A stretch of DNA of 64,000 bases. Origin: Alphaproteobacteria bacterium (GTDB lineage Bacteria > Pseudomonadota > Alphaproteobacteria > CALKHQ01). A model generated the notes under the pieces. The model searched no databases, had not been told where the DNA came from, and worked only from the letters and a program-made list of their open reading frames with translations. Within the stretch, counting starts at the first letter, position 1, and every line of letters begins with the position of its first letter. The stretch is from positions 320,001 through 384,000 of the forward strand of contig CBDDFZ010000001.1 of the NCBI GenBank assembly GCA_965227515.1, written 5' to 3'. A program made the position numbers and the translations under genes. Shown here in pieces: positions 61,089 to 64,000 of the stretch.

Positions 61089-61877
61089 ATGCCGAAACTC
61101 GCCGCCAACCTGTCCTTGATGTTCACCGAAGTGCCGTTCCTGGAGCGCTTCGGGCGCGCCGCGGCCGCCGGTTTCAAGGGCGTGGAGTATCTGTTCCCCT
61201 ACGATTTCCCGGCCGAGGAGATTGCCGCACAACTGGCCGAGCACAAGCTGGAGCAGGCGCTGTTCAACATGCCGCCGGGCGACTGGGACGGCGGCGAGCG
61301 CGGGCTCGCCTGCCTGCCGGGCCGCGAGGGCGAGTTCCAGGACGGAGTGGCCAAGGCGATCGAGTACGCGCGGATCATCGGCTGCCCGCGCCTGCACGTC
61401 ATGGCCGGCGTGGCACCGGCCGGCGCCGACCGCACCTCGCTGACCGAGACCTATGTCGCCAACCTGAAGTTCGCCGCCCAGGCGCTGAGCGACGCCGGGA
61501 TCGTCGGCGAGATCGAGCCGATCAACAGCCGCGACATCCCCGGCTTCTTCATCAACACCAGCCGGCAGGGGATGGAGATACTGGCCGCCGTCGGCAGCCC
61601 GAACATGCGCCTGCAATACGACATCTATCACATGCAGATCATGGAGGGCGATCTGGCGCCGACCATCGAGCGCCTGCTGCCGCACATCGAGCACATGCAG
61701 CTCGCCGACACGCCGGGGCGCCACGAGCCGGGCACGGGCGAGATCAACTATCCCTTCATCCTCGACCACATCGACAAGCTGGGCTATGGCGGCTGGATCG
61801 GCTGCGAGTACCGCCCGGCCGGCGAGACCGAGGCGGGTCTCGGCTGGGCCAAGCCCTATCTGGAGGCGGGCCGCTGA
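61089..61877 (+). CDS. hyi: Hydroxypyruvate isomerase family (Hyi/OtnI)
   Basis: AANLSLMF, EPIN, DIYHMQ, PGRHEPGTGEINY, GCEY. Confidence 0.9.
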   Translation: MPKLAANLSLMFTEVPFLERFGRAAAAGFKGVEYLFPYDFPAEEIAAQLAEHKLEQALFNMPPGDWDGGERGLACLPGREGEFQDGVAKAIEYARIIGCPRLHVMAGVAPAGADRTSLTETYVANLKFAAQALSDAGIVGEIEPINSRDIPGFFINTSRQGMEILAAVGSPNMRLQYDIYHMQIMEGDLAPTIERLLPHIEHMQLADTPGRHEPGTGEINYPFILDHIDKLGYGGWIGCEYRPAGETEAGLGWAKPYLEAGR

Positions 61878-61879
61878 GC

Positions 61880-63184
61880 ATGGCGCCCGTCGAAGGGCCC
61901 ACTGCCCTGCAGCCAGCCGCATTGCTGCGTGAAATGTTCGACGCGGCGGTGCGCGCGGCCGACCCGATGCACGTGCTGGCCGACCATCTGCCCGAACCGC
62001 CGAAGGGCCGCACCATCGTGGTCGGCGCCGGCAAGGCCTCCGCACAGATGGCCGCCGCGGTCGAGAAGCACTGGCCAGGCCCCGTAGAGGGCGTCGTTGT
62101 CACCCGCTATGGCCACGCGGTGCCCTGCCGGCACATCGAAATCCTGGAGGCCGCCCACCCGGTGCCCGACGAGGCCGGGGTCGCCGCCAGCCGGCGCATC
62201 CTGGAAGCGGCCGAGGGTGCCGGCCCCGACGACCTGGTGCTGTGCCTGATCTCCGGTGGCGGCTCGGCGCTGCTCACCCTGCCGGCGCCGGGGCTGACCC
62301 TGGCCGACAAGCAGGCGGTGAACGGCGCACTGCTGGCCAGCGGGGCCGCCATCGGCGAGATGAACACGCTGCGCAAGCACATCTCGGCCATCAAGGGCGG
62401 GCGGCTGGCCGCGGCGGCTGCCCCGGCGAAGGTGGTGTCGCTGCTGATCTCCGACGTGCCGGGCGATTCGCCGGCGGTCATCGCCTCCGGCCCCACGGTG
62501 CCCGACCCGTCGACCCGCGCCGACGCGCTGGCGATCCTGGACCGGCGCGGGGTCGAGGTGCCGGATGCGGTGCGCGCGCACCTGGAGTCCGCCGACTCCG
62601 AGTCGCCGAAACCGGGCGACCCGGCCTTCGACGGCAACGAGATCGCGATGATCGCGACCCCGCAGAAGAGCCTGGAAGCCGCCGCCGACGTCGCCCGCGC
62701 GCATGGCGTGACGCCGATGATCCTGGGCGACGCCATCGAGGGCGAGGCGCGCCACGTCGCCAGCGTCATCGCCGGCATCGCCGGCCAGGTGCGCCGCTAT
62801 GGCCAACCACTGCCCGCACCCTGCGTGCTGATATCCGGCGGCGAGACCACGGTGACCCTGGCCAAGGGCCAGCAGGGCGGATCGGGGGGGCGTAACAGCG
62901 AGTTCGCGCTGGGGCTGGCGGTCGCGCTGGATGGCGCCAAGGGTATTTTTGCGCTGGCAGCCGACACCGACGGCATCGATGGCTCCGGCCCGCATGCCGG
63001 GGCAATCGTCACCCCGGATACCCTGGCGCGCGCGGCGGACGCCGGGGTCGACCCCTATGCGGCACTCACCCGCCACAATTCGCTTGCGGTGTTCCAGGCG
63101 CTCGGCGAAACCGTGGAAACCGGGCCCACGCTCACGAACGTCAATGATTTCCGCGCCGTTCTGGTGCTATCAATGGCGTCCTGA
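61880..63184 (+). CDS. ttuD: Glycerate 2-kinase (MOFRL family, TtuD-like)
   Basis: GAGKAS, ISGGGSAL, GGETTV, GGRN, DTDGIDG, TNVND. Confidence 0.9.
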   Translation: MAPVEGPTALQPAALLREMFDAAVRAADPMHVLADHLPEPPKGRTIVVGAGKASAQMAAAVEKHWPGPVEGVVVTRYGHAVPCRHIEILEAAHPVPDEAGVAASRRILEAAEGAGPDDLVLCLISGGGSALLTLPAPGLTLADKQAVNGALLASGAAIGEMNTLRKHISAIKGGRLAAAAAPAKVVSLLISDVPGDSPAVIASGPTVPDPSTRADALAILDRRGVEVPDAVRAHLESADSESPKPGDPAFDGNEIAMIATPQKSLEAAADVARAHGVTPMILGDAIEGEARHVASVIAGIAGQVRRYGQPLPAPCVLISGGETTVTLAKGQQGGSGGRNSEFALGLAVALDGAKGIFALAADTDGIDGSGPHAGAIVTPDTLARAADAGVDPYAALTRHNSLAVFQALGETVETGPTLTNVNDFRAVLVLSMAS

Positions 63185-63198
63185 CGTCAGCCACTGAG

Positions 63199-63273
63199 CG
63201 GCACGCTCACCGCCCGGCCGCCCTGGGCACACTGTCGTCGGGCGGCTGGGCGGGGGAGCAGGCCGGAACCGAC
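63199..63273 (+). repeat. Hairpin element family C, copy 8 (degenerate)
   Basis: CCGCCCGGCCGCCC-TGGGCACACTGTCGTC-GGGCGGCTGGGCGG..GGCCGGAACCGAC; preceded by TCAGCCACTGA. Confidence 0.78.
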
Positions 63274-63320
63274 TTCGACAACGGCCGCGCCCGTGGCCGT
63301 TGGGAAAGGGAGTAAGGCGC

Positions 63321-64000
63321 ATGCGCCGACAACGTTGCGCCAAGATCGTCGCCACGATGGGGCCGTCGACCAACGACGAGGCCACCATCGCCAGCCTGTT
63401 CAATGCCGGCGTCGACGTGTTCCGGCTGAATTTCAGCCACGGCAGCCACGCCGACCACAAGGCGCGGTTCGACATGATCCGCAATGTCGAGCGCAAGACC
63501 GGGCGGCCAATCGGCATCATGGCCGACATGCAGGGCCCGAAGCTCAGAATAGGCGTGTTCAAGGACGGGCCGGTGATGCTGGAGACCGGGCAGGAGTTCC
63601 GCCTGGACCTGGACGACACGCCGGGCGACGCCACCCGAGCGCACATGCCGCACCCTGAGATTTTCCAGGCGATCTCGCCCGACACCGACCTGCTGCTGGA
63701 CGACGGCAAGCTGCGCCTGCGGGTGGAAGCCTGCGGCACCGACTTCGCGCAGACACGCGTCGTCACTGGCGGCCCGCTGTCGGAGCGCAAGGGCGTGAAC
63801 GTGCCCAACGCGGTGCTGCCGCTGGCCGCGCTGACCGGCAAGGACCGCAAGGACCTGGCCTATGCGCTGGAACTGGGCGCCGACTACATCGCGCTGAGCT
63901 TCGTGCAGACGCCCGACGACGTGGCGGACGCCCGCAACCTGGTCGACGGGCGCGCCGGCATCGTGGTCAAGCTGGAGAAGCCCGCCGCCATCGACCGGCT
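63321..64000 (+). CDS. pyk: Pyruvate kinase (5' part, runs off window)
   Basis: MRRQRCAKIVATMGP, FRLNFSHG, DMQGPKLR, KGVNVP, ALSFVQ; GGGAG RBS; absent from ORF track. Confidence 0.95.
   Translation, partial: MRRQRCAKIVATMGPSTNDEATIASLFNAGVDVFRLNFSHGSHADHKARFDMIRNVERKTGRPIGIMADMQGPKLRIGVFKDGPVMLETGQEFRLDLDDTPGDATRAHMPHPEIFQAISPDTDLLLDDGKLRLRVEACGTDFAQTRVVTGGPLSERKGVNVPNAVLPLAALTGKDRKDLAYALELGADYIALSFVQTPDDVADARNLVDGRAGIVVKLEKPAAIDR

Overview
GC-rich alphaproteobacterial chromosomal segment (Rhodospirillales-like gene content, inferred) with about 55 protein-coding genes. I found no rRNA, tRNA, CRISPR array, prophage or transposase. Content is mostly metabolic and housekeeping: TRAP permeases plus amidase, TMAO demethylase (tdm), asnB plus an acyltransferase, argH, a metB-like gene, a split FluG-like GS/amidohydrolase pair, ribB, dps, fadD, pepF, 5-oxoprolinase, djlA, uup, rmuC, an rpoH-family sigma, hslO and hyi-ttuD-pyk, plus two type II toxin-antitoxin pairs. 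The non-coding fraction is the most unusual part. It holds three interspersed palindromic repeat families: GTAG-type REPs (4 pairs), CGTC-type REPs (5 pairs), and an unrecognised 75-165 bp hairpin element with a conserved loop CAGGATACTGTCGT (8 copies, short, long and chimeric forms). It also holds an unannotated alpha-r8/MmgR/GsrN-like sRNA and several readable regulatory sites (sigma32 plus Irr box at dps, CtrA box, EcfG promoter, TA operators). All calls come from reading motifs by eye; no database searches were run.
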